Assembly (NCBI GenBank): GCA_904063045.1 | Contig: CAJFCJ010000021.1 | Location: 868,001-932,000, forward strand | From: Dimorphilus gyrociliatus | Taxonomy: Eukaryota > Animalia > Annelida | DNA length: 64,000 nt | Direction of reading: 5' to 3' | Shown here: positions 29,543 through 43,639 of the stretch, one piece after another | Numbering within the stretch: the first letter of the stretch is position 1 | Layout: each line of letters opens with the position of its first letter | Notes under the pieces: generated by a model | Told to the model about the DNA's origin: nothing | The model's database searches: none | The model's input: the letters and a program-made list of their open reading frames with translations, nothing else | Translations under genes and position numbers: made by a program

Positions 29543-30288
29543 AATAAAGAAAGATAATTAGTATTAGGAATGTATATACTGTATAGTTGTATAATTTGAA
29601 GGGAGAATGGAACTTTAAAATTGTACTCAATATAAATGAACTAAAGCTTTTGAATAAGGGTAACAGCTAGAGAAAACAACAAGAAAATACAAACCTTAAC
29701 TAGGGCGAATTCGGCCGTTTGCGTTTGAACATTAGAATGATTGACTGTTTGCAACTGGCCAAATGTTTGAGTGGAAAAATCTCTATGTTTTAAAACATCG
29801 ATTCCATCTTCGAAAACGACACTCGAATCAACTTTGACCCTAAGTGGAGTTTGAGTAGAGTGATTTTCATATCGTCTAGGAATATCATCGAGATCTATAT
29901 CCTTCCATTTCGGTTTTGAATGCTTAATACTTTCGTACGTTGCGTTTAGAGGCGATTCCGGATATTTTAGACTACTTCGCCATGGAACTTCGTGATCGAA
30001 CAGAGGCGAATTGGGTGTAGACTTTCTATGATTGAAATCTATAGGAGAAATTGACACAGATACGGGAGATACAGATTTTCTTCGTATATGTATCTGTTTA
30101 GTGGTAGTAACATCCTTTTTGACTAGTTCTACTCTTTGATGTTTAGAAGGGTCAAAAGACTCGTCAAGATTAATTAAAGGCACTTCTTCAGGCTCAATCT
30201 GTACTGGTATGCTTTCCGGTGCCTTATTGAGCCAGGATTCTAAATTGTTGTCGCCTCCTTCCAAATCGCAATCAATTAATGTCGACAT
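28874..30288 (-). CDS. Uncharacterised, largely disordered protein with three TQT motifs, a short coiled coil, Pro-rich region and Cys-rich end; about 386 aa
   Basis: Exons 30288-29695 and 29440-28874 join in phase 0 (AAG|gtttg ... tttag|GAG). An acceptor at 30306-30307 implies an upstream exon, so the start is uncertain. Confidence 0.72.
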
Positions 30289-33200
30289 AAATACCAGTTG
30301 ACAGTCTGTAAGGAGAAGAGCATTAGATAATTTAAACAATCTTTTTGCCAGAAGGACGGAGAGAAAGCGAAAGAGAGGTATGGAGGAAGAGGGAAAGACT
30401 AAGCGAGAAAGTTGACTGACTGACTGACTTAGTGAGTGGGAGGGAAGAAAGATAGGAAGGAAGGAAGGAAGGAAGGAAAGAAAGGAAAAAAGATATCGAA
30501 CAAGTTGTATACAGTATATAGAGCATTGTCTGAAAAAAAAGAGTAACTAATTAAAGAGATCAATTGTTCAATATTTTTTATGTTATAGCGTATAAAAGTT
30601 GTTTATATTACGTCACAAAAGATGGAAATACATAAAGATGTATTACTACAGCAAAACAACTAAAAAGGTCTATTATAATGCTATAATTATGTTTAAGGCA
30701 AATACAACACAACGTATATTTTATATAGTAATTTATTTATACCATTTTTTAAGACTTGAACAAAATGTCCATACAATTCAAAGACATATATCTTTTCTTT
30801 TCTCTTCTAAGAGAATATAGGCTATAATAAACTATTTCCTGGATTAACGGTCCCTTTTTATTAGTCTATTCAAATTTTTTCTTTTTTCTCGCTTATTGTC
30901 TTATTTTGACATGAAATACCATTCAGATATTTTTAATAAATATCCAGAGGGAGCAGCTATAGAGGATAAGCGTTAAGCTTATACTTGTATATATATTTAT
31001 ATATATATTAGTGTATATAAAACATACAAAATTCAACACCAAATACCAAAAGAGCTCAAATATTATTAACTTTGAGAGAAGGCTAAGATTTTAAATAAAT
31101 AAAGATTTGTTCAATTTCTAAGCCTATTTTATTTAAATTGACTACGATCTCTGTTCAATAATTCGGATTTGGAGGAGTAGAATAGAAGAAAAACTAAATA
31201 AAAAATTAGGATATTAATCCTCTGTGATAAGAGTAGTAGGCTGCCTGACAAGAGAAAGAGAGAGAGACAGAAGTAACGGAAAGCTATAGAAATTTCTAAA
31301 ACTATAAATATATAGATTCTATTACTCTCCTTTTGAACGTTTAGATAAAGCCAAGTAAAATATCTATTTATCAAGTATGGCGAAAAAAAATGACAATTCC
31401 ACGCAAAGTTAATCAAACAAGTGAGAAAAAGGTATATACAAACAGAATAAGACCCTATAACAACTGAATATACGCTTTAACTAATCCAATTCAATTATTT
31501 ATTAAGTCTCATTTTGGACCAACAATAAAAAAACGTTTTGTGTCAAGATAAAAGGTGCGAAGAGAGAGAGAGAGAGAGTCATTGCTTTCTTCTTATTCGA
31601 AAATAAATATGCTATGTATATAAACATAACAGTTCATTGCAAAATACGGTATAAATCTACTAAGCTAGAAGAAGTATTTGTCTCCTACTTGATCATCCTA
31701 ACATAAATTCTTTCTCTCTCTCTCTCTCTCTCTCTCCCTCTCATAAAAGAAAATGAACCGTCAATGCATTCTAGGAAACTAAAATCAGTGAAATCTATTG
31801 CTTATCAACAATCTATTCTATTGCTCAATTGGTAAAAATTGAAAGAAATGTAATAACTTACTTTATGGTGTGTATGAATATACCGGTACGTAGGCAATGT
31901 GTATAATCAATGCAGCGCAAATGAACGTGCTGCCTATTGATTGGAACTAACAGAGCAGCAAACTTGTTTGAGCAAGCATTTCTGCCAATATTCATAATTC
32001 TCCTAGGCCCAACAATTCATATATCTTTCCTTAGATATAAAATACAAATACAACAAATAATAATTAAATTTTTTATTGCCTTATTTTAGTTTCTTTCAAC
32101 TTTTTCTTTCCGTTTTCAAGTAAAGAAAAGAGAAAGGAACGAGATAAGAAGTTGTTGAATAAATAGAAGAAACTCTCTCTCTCTCTCTCTTGCTTGAATA
32201 AAGATAAATTCTCTCTCTTTTAGCTTTTTGTTATATTTATTTGATATCTATTATAATATTTATAATAACCCCGACAAATTGTTGTTTTCTCTATCAATAA
32301 AAAATGGGAAAAATTTGAACATTTCTTCATTAAATCTCTTTATTTAGACCCTGTTCTTTTCTCTCATTCAAAAAATATTAATTAATATTTATTCTCCTTC
32401 ACAAAGCAGTCTACTAAACTTTAATTCGATCAACTTACCATTACTATTGCCTATACATTTATAGAATGCAGAGGGCGTCACCCTACATCTATTCGTAGTA
32501 TTCTGAAGGATCATATTATAATAAGATTGATAAGAATGCACGAATGATAACAGCTATCTGCAATAGTAATTGATTTTTTGTTTATGGATAAAAGGCAAAA
32601 TTGGAAATTACCAATTGGTTTCAGCAAGAGACAAGACGTAAATCGTATGAAACTTTCACTAATCAGATTAGGGCCTATACAGTTAACTAATAATTCCTTC
32701 ACATTGATAAATAACAATCTTTCGATTGGCGAGATGAAAGTTATAAATAAGTGCATTGTAAGTTTAAAATTGTTTTTACTCTACAAGTAAATCAATAGAA
32801 GAAGATGATAAGAAGATCATGCCTATTCGTCTATTTATACATATATATTAGTATATATTCTTTGTACTTGTCGTCGTCGACAAATAGTTGACATTTTATT
32901 TCGTTTTTGTTGTTTTATTGTGGTCTTTTTTCTTATAGGCCTATAATGATTCATAGAGAAAGGTACTTTTCATCTTGTCGTTGTCTTGTTCAAGTAGACT
33001 TTTATTGAAAATAGACAGGTGCAGTAGAAAAGTGTGTCTTGTTTATTATACATTATATATACTTTTGAATACAAAAGAAGGAGGATGTTTGTTTGATGCG
33101 CACAGACGATATAAAAATATTGAGACAGAAAGGAAAAAAGACGCAGATTTATACAACCATCGAATTAGACGCTTCTTCTCTTTCTTCCAGCTATTCGTTT

Positions 33201-33306
33201 GCTTATTATTTATTTCTTCTTCCCTTCTTTCTTTCCTTTTTTTTAGAGATAGTATAAAATAATATCATGCTGTCTTTTAATCGCGGTAGTGTTTTAGTCA
33301 TTTTAA

Positions 33307-34556
33307 CTAGGCCTCCGTTGATGCTTGCGTATTAATAACATTCTTAGGTTGTCTAGTTCTTTGTTGATTAGAACGAAACGAGGCGTAAGCGGGTGGAGCA
33401 GTACCCGGTAGAGGTTTTTCTTCGGGCATATAATCAAGAAAAGTAGGTGGTTGGTCGCAGATCGTGTCGTACGAAGGCGGACTAATAACTGATATAGATG
33501 GACCTGGATTTTGGATTAAATATAATAAATAATTGACTTAAATAGCAATAACCCATAAAAAAATAAAGAAAGGGAGAAAGAGAGAAAGAATGAAAGAATG
33601 ACAGGTTGATAGATACATAGATAGATAGATAGATAGATGGATAGAAAGAAGGAATAGGAACAAATAAAAAATTATCTAGATTAAGAATCATTGTCCTTGA
33701 TTTTAAAGAGTGAAAATAATCAATAAACGATTTACATTTATTATTTAAAACTACTCGAAAAATAGGTAAAAATAAAGACCTAATAAACTTTGATAGTCCT
33801 ATTACTCTCAATCTTAATACTTGTCTTTTAATTTTATTTATTAATAACTTACCGTTTGACTGCTCGGCTGAATTTCTATTCGTTGTAGAATTATTAGCCC
33901 TTTGCTGCCTTTGCCTAGCCAATCTCTATTCATTTCAGTTTTCAAACAAAAATAAATAAACAAACATTATTTCGATTGTGGAAGATAATATAGGATAATG
34001 TAGGCTTACTTACATTTTGTCTAAATTTAATTATAACCAGTATGGCGACAGTTAGAAAGACAATAAATAGGAATATACAAACGCACGCCATAACGATTAA
34101 TAGTTTATCAACAGTTTTCAAGTTCTTACTCGAGTTGGCTGAAAGAAGGTAACGTTTATTTACTTGAGCATTTTTCAACTGCAAATACTCAACTAGTCAT
34201 TCCTATAAATTTTATACTAAGTGTCGTATCCTTATTGTAATTTCCACTTTGACAATTTAGCGAAACTTGAATGGAGGAACCGTACAACTTTTTGGAATTT
34301 GTTATATTCCATGGACAAAAACGAAACTCTTGCCCGAAGTGTACATCGTAGATTTCAATCAAATCTTTTGGGCAATTCTTTATTGGACCAGAGCCAGTAA
34401 TGTTCATTAGAATAGATAATTTACTCTCATTGGATGACGTCTCAACCCTCCACGACGATACGGGATTCTTAAGGGGATTATACGAAATAATTTCCTCCTC
34501 ACCAGGTTGTAATAATAATTTTTCTAAATGAAAGAATGAAAGAATGAATGAATGAA

Positions 34557-34587
<31 letters not shown>

Positions 34588-34857
34588 GTCTAGTGAAAAA
34601 GCCAATGTCAACTATTTACCTGTGGGTACGGCTTTAGGAGTTTCCGTCGTACGGTATGGTGTACCAAACTCGTTATGCTTGTCTGAAAGATCAGTCTCTC
34701 CTATTTCACAATTACGGCAAGCATGCGTACCATTTTTATATCTGACACATTCGCAATATACACTACAGTGTAAAGGACACTGGTTATCGTTTGATGAATT
34801 TAACTGGAAAATCGTTGTTAGTATGAAAATCACTTGGTATTTTAAACAAAAACGCAT
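33307..34857 (-). CDS. Type I membrane protein: signal peptide, Cys-rich/EGF-like module, divergent CUB, TM, PPxY tail
   Basis: Exons 34857-34620, 34523-about 34194 (donor ambiguous), 34138-34014, 33925-33853 and 33503-33307. The CUB-like part reads SWRVET...CPKDLIEIYD...RFC. TM is LLIVMACVCIFLFIVFLTVAILVII, and the tail carries PPSY and PPAY. Confidence 0.75.
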
Positions 34858-35610
34858 TTTCTCCTTCTACTTTTACGGCCAACTTATAAAACCAACCGAC
34901 GTGAGCATTTACTTTATTCCAAACAATCTGCTAATATGATAAGATAAGGCACAAAATCATAAAAAAAAGTAAAAAAAGAGACCTTTCACTCTATATATCA
35001 GATAGGTGGCGTTCGTTTTTATCTGAATTATTCATAAGTCAACACGTAGTTTAAACACAGTTTTATATACAGTATTTATTTAATTGTTGATAATACTTTA
35101 TAAAAAGCTGATTCTCTTTTATTTCACTTGGAAATTTAGTTAATTAATGAATAATTTACTTATTTACTTCTTTTTAACGGCAAATCAATCAATTGTATTT
35201 TTTTTTCAAAATTCTTTCAAAACAATACCAAATGTTTGATTAAGGCTAGAAAAAGTTGCATAATCATAGAGAAGAGAAGAGAGGAGAAGAGAAGAGAGGC
35301 CAGCGATGTAAACAAAACAGTCCGTCATAATTAATAAACGATGAATAGATAAACAATGCGACACAGTTAAGATTATGTAATCTATAAACAAAACAACAGA
35401 TACAGTACACTGTTTACAGTATATACCAATTATAGTGTAAATATATTTTTTTAAAATATACTTCCGGTATTTTTCGTTGTTTATCTTTCGCATCTCTGCC
35501 GAGATATTCAAACACTCCTTTAATAGTTATTAGTAATATCGCATAATTAAAATATATTTAGCCAATTATACTGATACAACAGCATAATGAAGGTTTTACG
35601 ATATAGACCG

Positions 35611-37635
35611 TCAATTTTTTGTTAAATTATAAACGACTAATGAAAATTCACTCTTCAAACATTTTAGAATGTTTAACGAATATTTAGATTGCGTACAAAG
35701 ATTCCATAATTTATGTAAACTGGGAAAATTCTCCATTGTCACATGAGGAAAGAATTTCTCTTCTATTTTACAATTAAACTCTCTTGAACAAAAATTCATA
35801 TCAATTGTAGATGGAGCTACCAATCTTATGGGATGCTTTCCTAAAGTTAATCTATTGATTTGTTCGTGAACCAACTGTTGACTTGATCCCATCAAATCTA
35901 TTACCTTCAATTGTGGATTACTGGCATTCTGAAAGAGTAGATGTCTTGGCGGCATATAGGTTTTCCAGAAAAGTAACGCTCCTGAAGAATTAGACATTTT
36001 TACATATTCCAAGGCTTGTACAACGCCTCCCTGATGGCACTGACTAAAAAATACTGTCCCTAAAATGTTGAATATAATCCATATATAACGAGATAGTGAA
36101 CTCTCTCCGAATAACTTGTGACCTAATAAGGGTACGAAAAAAAAAACAGATATTACATATCTATATAATAATAATAAAGCTATTCTAAACTAATCGTTTT
36201 ACCGTAGAGAAAGCATAAAAGTGGTAAAAGAGGAATGAGAAATCTCGCTTCCTGATGAGGGAATACGGATAACAATAAAATTGGGATATAGTATATCAGC
36301 AACAGTTTCTCTCCGACTGTTGGCATTTCGTATCGTTTCGATGAATTCGTTCGTTTTGTAAATATTCTATAAGAGTGTAAAAGCGGATAAAAGGCTAATA
36401 CATTGTAGAGTAGGGTTGTATTTCCGAAAAAGTGCGTTAGTCGAGGATGAATTCCGTGCTCTGCCAGATTTGTTGGTTGAACGTTATAAGTAATAAAATT
36501 CAACGGAACATTAACCATATCCCCAATTATTACTTGATAAAATCCGTTAGCAATTAATCTAGCAATCAAATCCAGCGGAGTTAATCCTTTGTAGTAATAA
36601 GTGTCTAATAAGGATATACATAAACTGGTTAAAACTCCAGAGAAAATTGTAGATAATAATTTCGGGGCACTCTTCTCCCAAAGCTCTTTCATATTATGAA
36701 AATCATCGGAAGTAAGCCATATAACGAAAGGCATAAGTGCAAAAATGATAAATGTTGCCCTATTATAAAATCCCAAAGCCATTATTACGCCAAGTAAAAG
36801 ACCAGTGCTGACAATTGTCGAAGGAGTTTTCCGTTCATTTCTAAATCTGGATAGATTCTTTTTTGAAAATGATCTTGTTAAGACTGGCGAAAATTCCCTT
36901 TAATGAGAAAAGAAGATATTAAGCACTCGTCGTCGCCGGTATATTGATTTTCTTTGTCTTTTTTCTTTCTAATTTAGCCTTACCTTGATAGAACACTGCC
37001 GAATACCAAGTACAAAAGAGCTTCAAACGTGTTCGTAAATGTTCTTGTATAGAAGACAATCGTTACGTAAGAAGTGGCATACGTTATAACGCAAGCTGAA
37101 GCGTTTAGTCTAAACTTTTTTCCAATATAATAAATTATGGCATCACCGAAGAAACTAAATACTAATAGAGTTAGACGTGGCAATAGAACCAACAGATAAG
37201 TCGATGGATTGTTGAAACCTAGAAATTTCAACAAGTAGAAACCTGTACAAAACAAAATCATGTGGTGTGTATATATATATTGCATATATAGTTACGTAAT
37301 GAAAGGATATTTTAGAGATAAAACGTGATATAAATAGTTAACTCAGGTCACAAGAAACGCTGAGTGAGGTTGGTGTTTCTCTTCTCTCTCTCTCTCTCTC
37401 TCTCTGCCTATGTTGCTCTTATTATGAATGCTTTCTTCTTTTAAAAGAAATAACAAACAACAGATTTTTTTGTTTATATAAAAAATACAAGAAAGGTTAA
37501 AAAGTAAAAAAGGACATTTTTGAAGGAGAAAGAAGAGCTAAAGACCCTAACCATTGACTTTTTTAGTCTATTTGTTATTGTACTCTTGAACAACGAATAG
37601 TATAACAAGTTGAATAAGATTTGAATATACTTATC

Positions 37636-37670
<35 letters not shown>

Positions 37671-38116
37671 TAAATATAAGAGTTTATGTAAACTGATATT
37701 ATATCTATAACATTCTTTTTTTAAAGAGAGAAAAGAGAAGAATTCTCTTTTGTTTTCCTCTCTCTTTCTCTTTCTCTCGCCTTAACAAATTGATATTCTA
37801 GATCATACAACCTAGACGGAAACTTATACTAAAAATACTAAACCTGGTGCGCATATTGCGTAAGGCACAGTTATTGTCCTCAATGGAAAAGTTGAATTAA
37901 ATTCCCATGCCGTAAACGTTTCAATGTTGAAAATCGATCCTACAATAGAAATTATTACGTAATTGATTGATTTATTGAAATATTTCTGTAGAACTTTAAC
38001 AAACCAGCAACAATTTCAGATGTTTGAAAGAATTCGTCAGGGTGTATATATCCATATTGGGTCTTTAATGTTAAATAAATTCGTACTATTCCAACGATTA
38101 TCCAATAAGTGAACAT
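35611..38116 (-). CDS. PIGZ: GPI alpha-1,2-mannosyltransferase 4 (PIGZ/SMP3)
   Basis: Exons 38116-38005, 37939-37844, 37242-36984, about 36897-36203 and 36122-35611. Motifs GYIHPDEFFQ, AWEF, TRTFTNTFE, GFYNRATF, NLAEHGIHPR, PHQEARFLIP, HQGGV, WKTYMPP and FPHVTME. Confidence 0.92.
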
Positions 38117-38558
38117 TTTTAATTCTTTTTAATTATTACTAATGGCTTTCTGCCACAATTACGATTTTCAATTTGTAAAATTCACCATATTTTCGTTGCC
38201 TGCGCTATAGAAATGACATGTGAGCGATAATTCCAGAAAGAGGAAAACGAAACAACTCGCCTAACGTGTTTCCCGCCAATTTTCAAAACATAATTCATCT
38301 TGAAGAAATATACAATGTTATAAGATTTAATAGGATATTTCCCGACATATTATCGTTTGTTTAAATTCTCTTGGAAGGAAATATCATAAAGATAGAACGA
38401 CTAAACAGTTTATTAAATATAAATTATTAACCAAAAATATAACAGACAGTAGAGACACTGTTTAACAGTTTTCATTAATATTTTACCTTTTTTCAAGTTT
38501 TTGAGTTTAATTAGTAGACGATATTCATTTAACAGAGTGAAATATTGCGCAATATTGA

Positions 38559-40310
38559 CTATTCTAAGGCGAAAATTGACAGTTCAGAAGGAGCGTGAAC
38601 CCATGTACCACATCGATTTTCTACAAATTTATCGTAGAGAAATTTTTTAGCTAAAGAATAAGAGAGGCAATTGTCCTTTGTATCTTTATAAGTTTCACCC
38701 AACACCTTTTGCCTATTCGAATCTTCGCAAACTTGACTAAAACGCTTAAATATTTGGCATTTAGATAACCTTGAAGATTGTTTATCAACTGCTAGACCAC
38801 TTTGACTGTCTATTATTTCAATACAATCAGATGTTTTATACCAGTTTACTGATATATGCGTTAAACGAGAATAATAAAATGGTACTTGTATATCCGTATG
38901 ATGAATTCTAATAGAATTGGAATTTGTAAAGTTACGACCATTTAAAGCTCTATTTAAATGTTCCGGATAGTATTTTTCGCCAACGATAATCGACTCCAAG
39001 TAAACTGGTCGAAGAAAATGAGACAACAATGAGCCTTGTAAGCCAATATTAAGCCATCTACATATTTTATCTGAACAACTCATAATTCTTAGACGTTTTC
39101 CCAATTTTAAAGACAATAGCGATTGTTGATAATTTTCTTCTATTAAAACGGCGCCTTCTCCTGCTTCAATTTTTGTTCTTAGCAGTCCGTGAACCTGTAA
39201 AGCGATCATTCAACGACGGTTAGCTATCTATGTAGAACAAACTAATACTAATAATGCCAATGCTACTTACCTTAGGATCATAACTACAACCATTCGGAAA
39301 TATTGCCGAATCGCCGCAAGGCGCGCACGAAATGTAAAGGTGAATTGAATAATTATTGTTCATCTTTAGATTTGCGCCTTCTTCAACGAAAATCGACGGT
39401 TTATTCTTGTAAAAATTATCAATTTCTTCCATGAAATATCTATTTGTACGGGAGCGTTTTTATTGCGTTTGCATTGTAATTGGTCTGCTTTATCTCTTAG
39501 GTCTACTTTACCTTTTTAATCCTCTTCTGGCTATTATTTCGGCGTGTGTATCCAATAGACACTCACCTTTTAATGTAAGATATTGCGACGAAATGCATTT
39601 ATTACCCGTACCAATACTTATGACTGATCCTTCGCTATTCTTTCCCTTTAGATAGAAGCCGGCAACGACCTTTTTACCAAAGCTTATATTCGGATTTACA
39701 ATGCACATTTCCAAGAATTTCTTATGAATTTCGCACACAATTGCTTCTTCAAAGTTGCATTCTCTCTTCCTATCTTCTATCTGGCGTTGAAATGGATTTA
39801 CGCTATTCATTTGCAATTGATTGTAAAAACCAAAAGTCTTACCTCATCCATTAGATCTCGAATAATTCTTTTCCAAGCTAACAACGCTGCACCTTGTTTA
39901 GCGTCTTTTTTTGTTGACGCTTTAACTTTTCGATAGAATCTAGACTCTATTTTAACGCAGTAAATATAGCTATATGGAGAGGAGGAAGAGAGCGAAAGAG
40001 CGGGAGCGAGAGAGAGAGAGCAAGGAGGAAAAAATGAAATTATTTATTTTGCTATAAAAAGTTTCTACTTTAAAATATAATTAAAGAATTATTGTAAATC
40101 TAACCATGTTGATGAAAAGCTGTCCATTTCGATGTAATCAACAGGTTTATTCGTACATTGAGAATATTCCGTTAGGATGGATATTGGACTTTTATATATA
40201 GATATTTCCTTTATTTCTTCTTCTAACGTATTAAAATCGCTTAAATCTTCGCCCATAAATGATAATCCGGCTAATAGGAGATTTTGATTTCTCAAACAAT
40301 TCGATGACAT
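38559..40310 (-). CDS. dsRNA adenosine deaminase (ADAR family) with one dsRBD; 5 exons, 468 aa
   Basis: Exons 40310-40105, 39969-39843, 39780-39512, 39439-39271 and 39194-38559 join in frame. The dsRBD reads [12 protein letters not shown]...[15 protein letters not shown]. The deaminase has [37 protein letters not shown] and GLQGSLLS. Confidence 0.92.
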
Positions 40311-40698
40311 GTTCTTTCTCTTTCGCCTCTTGAGTGAGCGATATACAGTGAATAGAACCTGATTTTTGGATTTAGTTTTACTTTTACGGTGTCTCTAGAG
40401 TTGAAAAAAACTTTTTAGTTCTAATCGTATCTAACCCTTTCAAAGATAATAATACACAGTTCAAAAACGCTATTATCAAACGTATCGTTTACGAAGGAAT
40501 GGGAATGATTTGTTTGACGAATATAATACTACTTGTACAAATGCGATTCGAACGATCCTTTTCCAGATCATTCAATTCAATCTTTTCAACAAATTGAATA
40601 TAATTTGCATAGAAAATTAAATCTCTTTCTTTTAATTTCAAGTGTTTATTTATTTTTTTTTATGAAAAACTCAATCAATTACACAGTTAAATAATCAA

Positions 40699-41674
40699 TC
40701 ATGTTATAGTTGTTATTGTATTATTACGCTGTTCGGAATCCTCGTAGGAAGGAGGAGCATCGGTTGGCTGGTTAATATTATTATTATTATTGTTGTTATT
40801 AATACTATTAGAATTATTGTATAGTTCGTCGTAAGCCGGTGGAGCTATTGGAAGAACGTTAGTAACATGATCTGGGCCATTGCGTACTATTGGTCTATCG
40901 GATATAGGCATAACTTGTTGACGATTGCTACTAACAGTGCTACAGCAACCAAATATACAGCTGAATATTATAACGCATATAATGATCATTACGATGCCAA
41001 TTACGGAGCAAATAATTGCTAAAACTATAATAACAGCCGTCGTTAAGCCACCGTCATCCTGTCCCGATGACGATAATGCCACATACTCAATTTTAAAACC
41101 TTTCCTCGTGACACCATTTTCATCGGATATGAATCCAATTAAAGCAGAGTTGGAGCTAGTTTTCAATTCGAACTTTTCGTCAGACCCACACCATTTTGCT
41201 AATAATTTTGAACTGGTGGTGAAACCGTCGTAAACGACTCCAAAATCGTTCATACACTTGCTATCGTACTCTATAGAACTCTCTATAATCCGGAGAGAAA
41301 TGATATGATTAATAGACGCCGAGATTTTCCAGCAGACGAGAATATTATTTGGATAGTTTCCACTCTCAAAGAAAGGAGTTGTAAAAGTTTTTATGTTTGA
41401 TGTAGCCTTTAGAATACTCGGAACGCAAGTTGTCTGACAGTCTAAGCACACGAATATTGCTGTAGAATAATAATAATAATAATAATAATAAGAGCATTTT
41501 AGAAATATTGCATTACTGATAGTCATGTATCGTAAATCATTATCAAGTGTTTTTATCGATTAGCGTAATTAGCTTGAATAATTCACTAATTATTTAACTT
41601 TACCTTGTTAATTATAATAAATTCTTTATTAGATACTTACAATTTATACAAAAGAACCAAAAAAGTATCAACAT
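40699..41674 (-). CDS. Single-CUB type I membrane protein with PPxY tail; 264 aa
   Basis: Signal exon 41674-41641, phase-1 intron, then exon 41459-40699. CUB reads YPNNILVCWKI...CMNDFGVVYDG...KWCG...GFKIEY. A TM with juxtamembrane Cys is followed by PPAY and PPSY. Confidence 0.88.
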
Positions 41675-42941
41675 AACAATATATCTATGTAAATATACTT
41701 TCTTCCATAAGAATACTTAAACACATAGAGCGTCGGTGTACTGTACTATATATGTACTAATCTCAACCTCTCTCTCTCTCTCGCTCTCTCTCCGTATAGA
41801 TAGGTGTATAATAAGATTTTCAATATACAAGTAAATTAGGCAATGACAAAAAAATTAGGGGGGAGAGAGGGAAGAAGAGAGAGAGAAATGAAGGAGAAAA
41901 CTTATATTTTAGAGGAAGTAGAGAGAAAAAGAGATTAGGCGAGAGAACGAGAGAGAATATTTCAACAAAAACATAACTACTGTTGTCATAATAGAGTTCA
42001 TGGACTGGGGCAGCTAGCTATTGAAAAAGGATCAATATTTACAAGATATGTGCTAATAACTTATAGACTATATATATATTCATTTATATTATTATATATA
42101 TATATATTAATAAAGAAAAAGGAGAAAAGGGATTATCTTATATACAGAAAATTAAAAAACGCTTTATTAATAAAAGAAATCTCTAAGTTCAATCAAATTT
42201 CTCATTCTTTTCTTTTCTTATCTTTCTCTCTCAACGCAATCAATCTGCTAATTGTTTCATCAATATTGATTAATAAATTATATATATATAATACAAGCAA
42301 AACAAACAAACAAACAAGCAAACAAACCAATTCAGTTAACATTTAAAATATCTCACCCAACCCAATCTTTTTTGGCTTATATTGAAAATGACGGAAAAAC
42401 AAATTCAATAAAACAGTTTTATCGATAAGAATAAAAGAAAAAAGAACCAAAAGCTCAATAGAATTAAATTCTTTACACTTTGTTTTGTTTGACTTTGCAT
42501 TTTCTAAAAGTTATAAATGACTTTTAGGAAACATTTATTGCCTTTGTTACTTTAACAAAACTGTTATAGGTCAACGACTCTGTTTTCTTTAGCTTTCCAT
42601 CTTCTGCCAATTATATTCACCATCTTTTTTTCACTTTTATATCATTTCCCAAAAACCGCTCGTTTTTTAAAAGAGAAAGCTTTCGTGTTAAAATTGTTGC
42701 TTATTAACTTAAATGAATATTCAAATGAAAAACGTAATAGCAACCATCACAACATCACTGAACTTAGAAACGAAAATAGGAAATTTTCCTTTCCCGAATC
42801 GATGCTATGTTCAAAAAAGTACTGCATTTTCATTATCCCACTTTCTTTCTTCCGTGAAAGTTTCTTGGAGAAAGATTTCCTTCGGTTTTAGAAAGAATCT
42901 TTTATAAAAGTATACTAAAAGTCAGCAAAGGAAAGAAAAGA

Positions 42942-43639
42942 ATGGAAAAGCATCTTTCTGAGCGTAAGATAAGCTTTATTGAAATAACAAACAACTTTGA
43001 CTTTTATAATTTTCTTCATTATTTAGTTGTTGTTGCTGTTGTTCTTGTTCTTCTATCAATTTCATCTCTTACAACCTACGGACAATTAATTTGCAAAAAG
43101 CATAATTGACGAAAATTTTTAGCTCGATTTCACTTAAAACCGAAGGTTACGATAGAGGCTTTTATCTACGATCAACCAAAGCTTGTTGGCAGATAACCGT
43201 TCCCGATGGAGATGTAATAGAAGTGAAAGTATTGGATAGTAGACTGCAAGGAGATTCTAATTGCGAAACTGATTATGGTAGTATACACGACGGCCTAACG
43301 TCGTCTTCTACTGAATTGAAGAAATGGTGTGGTACGGAGGAGAATTTTGTCGTTAAAACATCGGGTCGTTTCGCTGTTATCTTTTTCACTTCGAATTTTG
43401 ATTTCTTGGTCTACAGAGGTTTTCACTTCGAGTGTAATATCGTAACACAGTCAAAGTCAGCATCATCAGATTCTACAATCAGTACGCGTCTTCTTGTTAT
43501 AATTGGAATTGGAGTTGTAGCAGGTTTAATATTTCTCTTAGTATGTTGGTATTGCTGCTGTAGAGCAAAGCCAGTGCAACCAATACAAGTAGTTGCCCAA
43601 CCACCTCCACAAAACCGTGTAGTGAATATAGTTAATTAA
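42942..43639 (+). pseudogene. Single-CUB type I membrane protein with a 1-nt frameshift near 43106 (pseudogene or assembly error)
   Basis: Signal exon 42942-42963 spliced to 43027 gives MEKHLSELVVAVVLVLLSISSLTTYGQLICKKHN and then TGA at 43107. The CUB-TM frame (ACWQI...CETDYGSIHDG...KWCG...GFHFEC; TM; WYCCCR) resumes one base out. Adding one T in cataattgac restores the ORF. Confidence 0.7.

Noticed and set aside
34139-34216. Possible non-canonical GA donor (ATA G|gaatga) in the Cys-rich/CUB gene
   Set aside because: Two canonical GT donors in the same phase (gtataa and gttgag) explain the junction.
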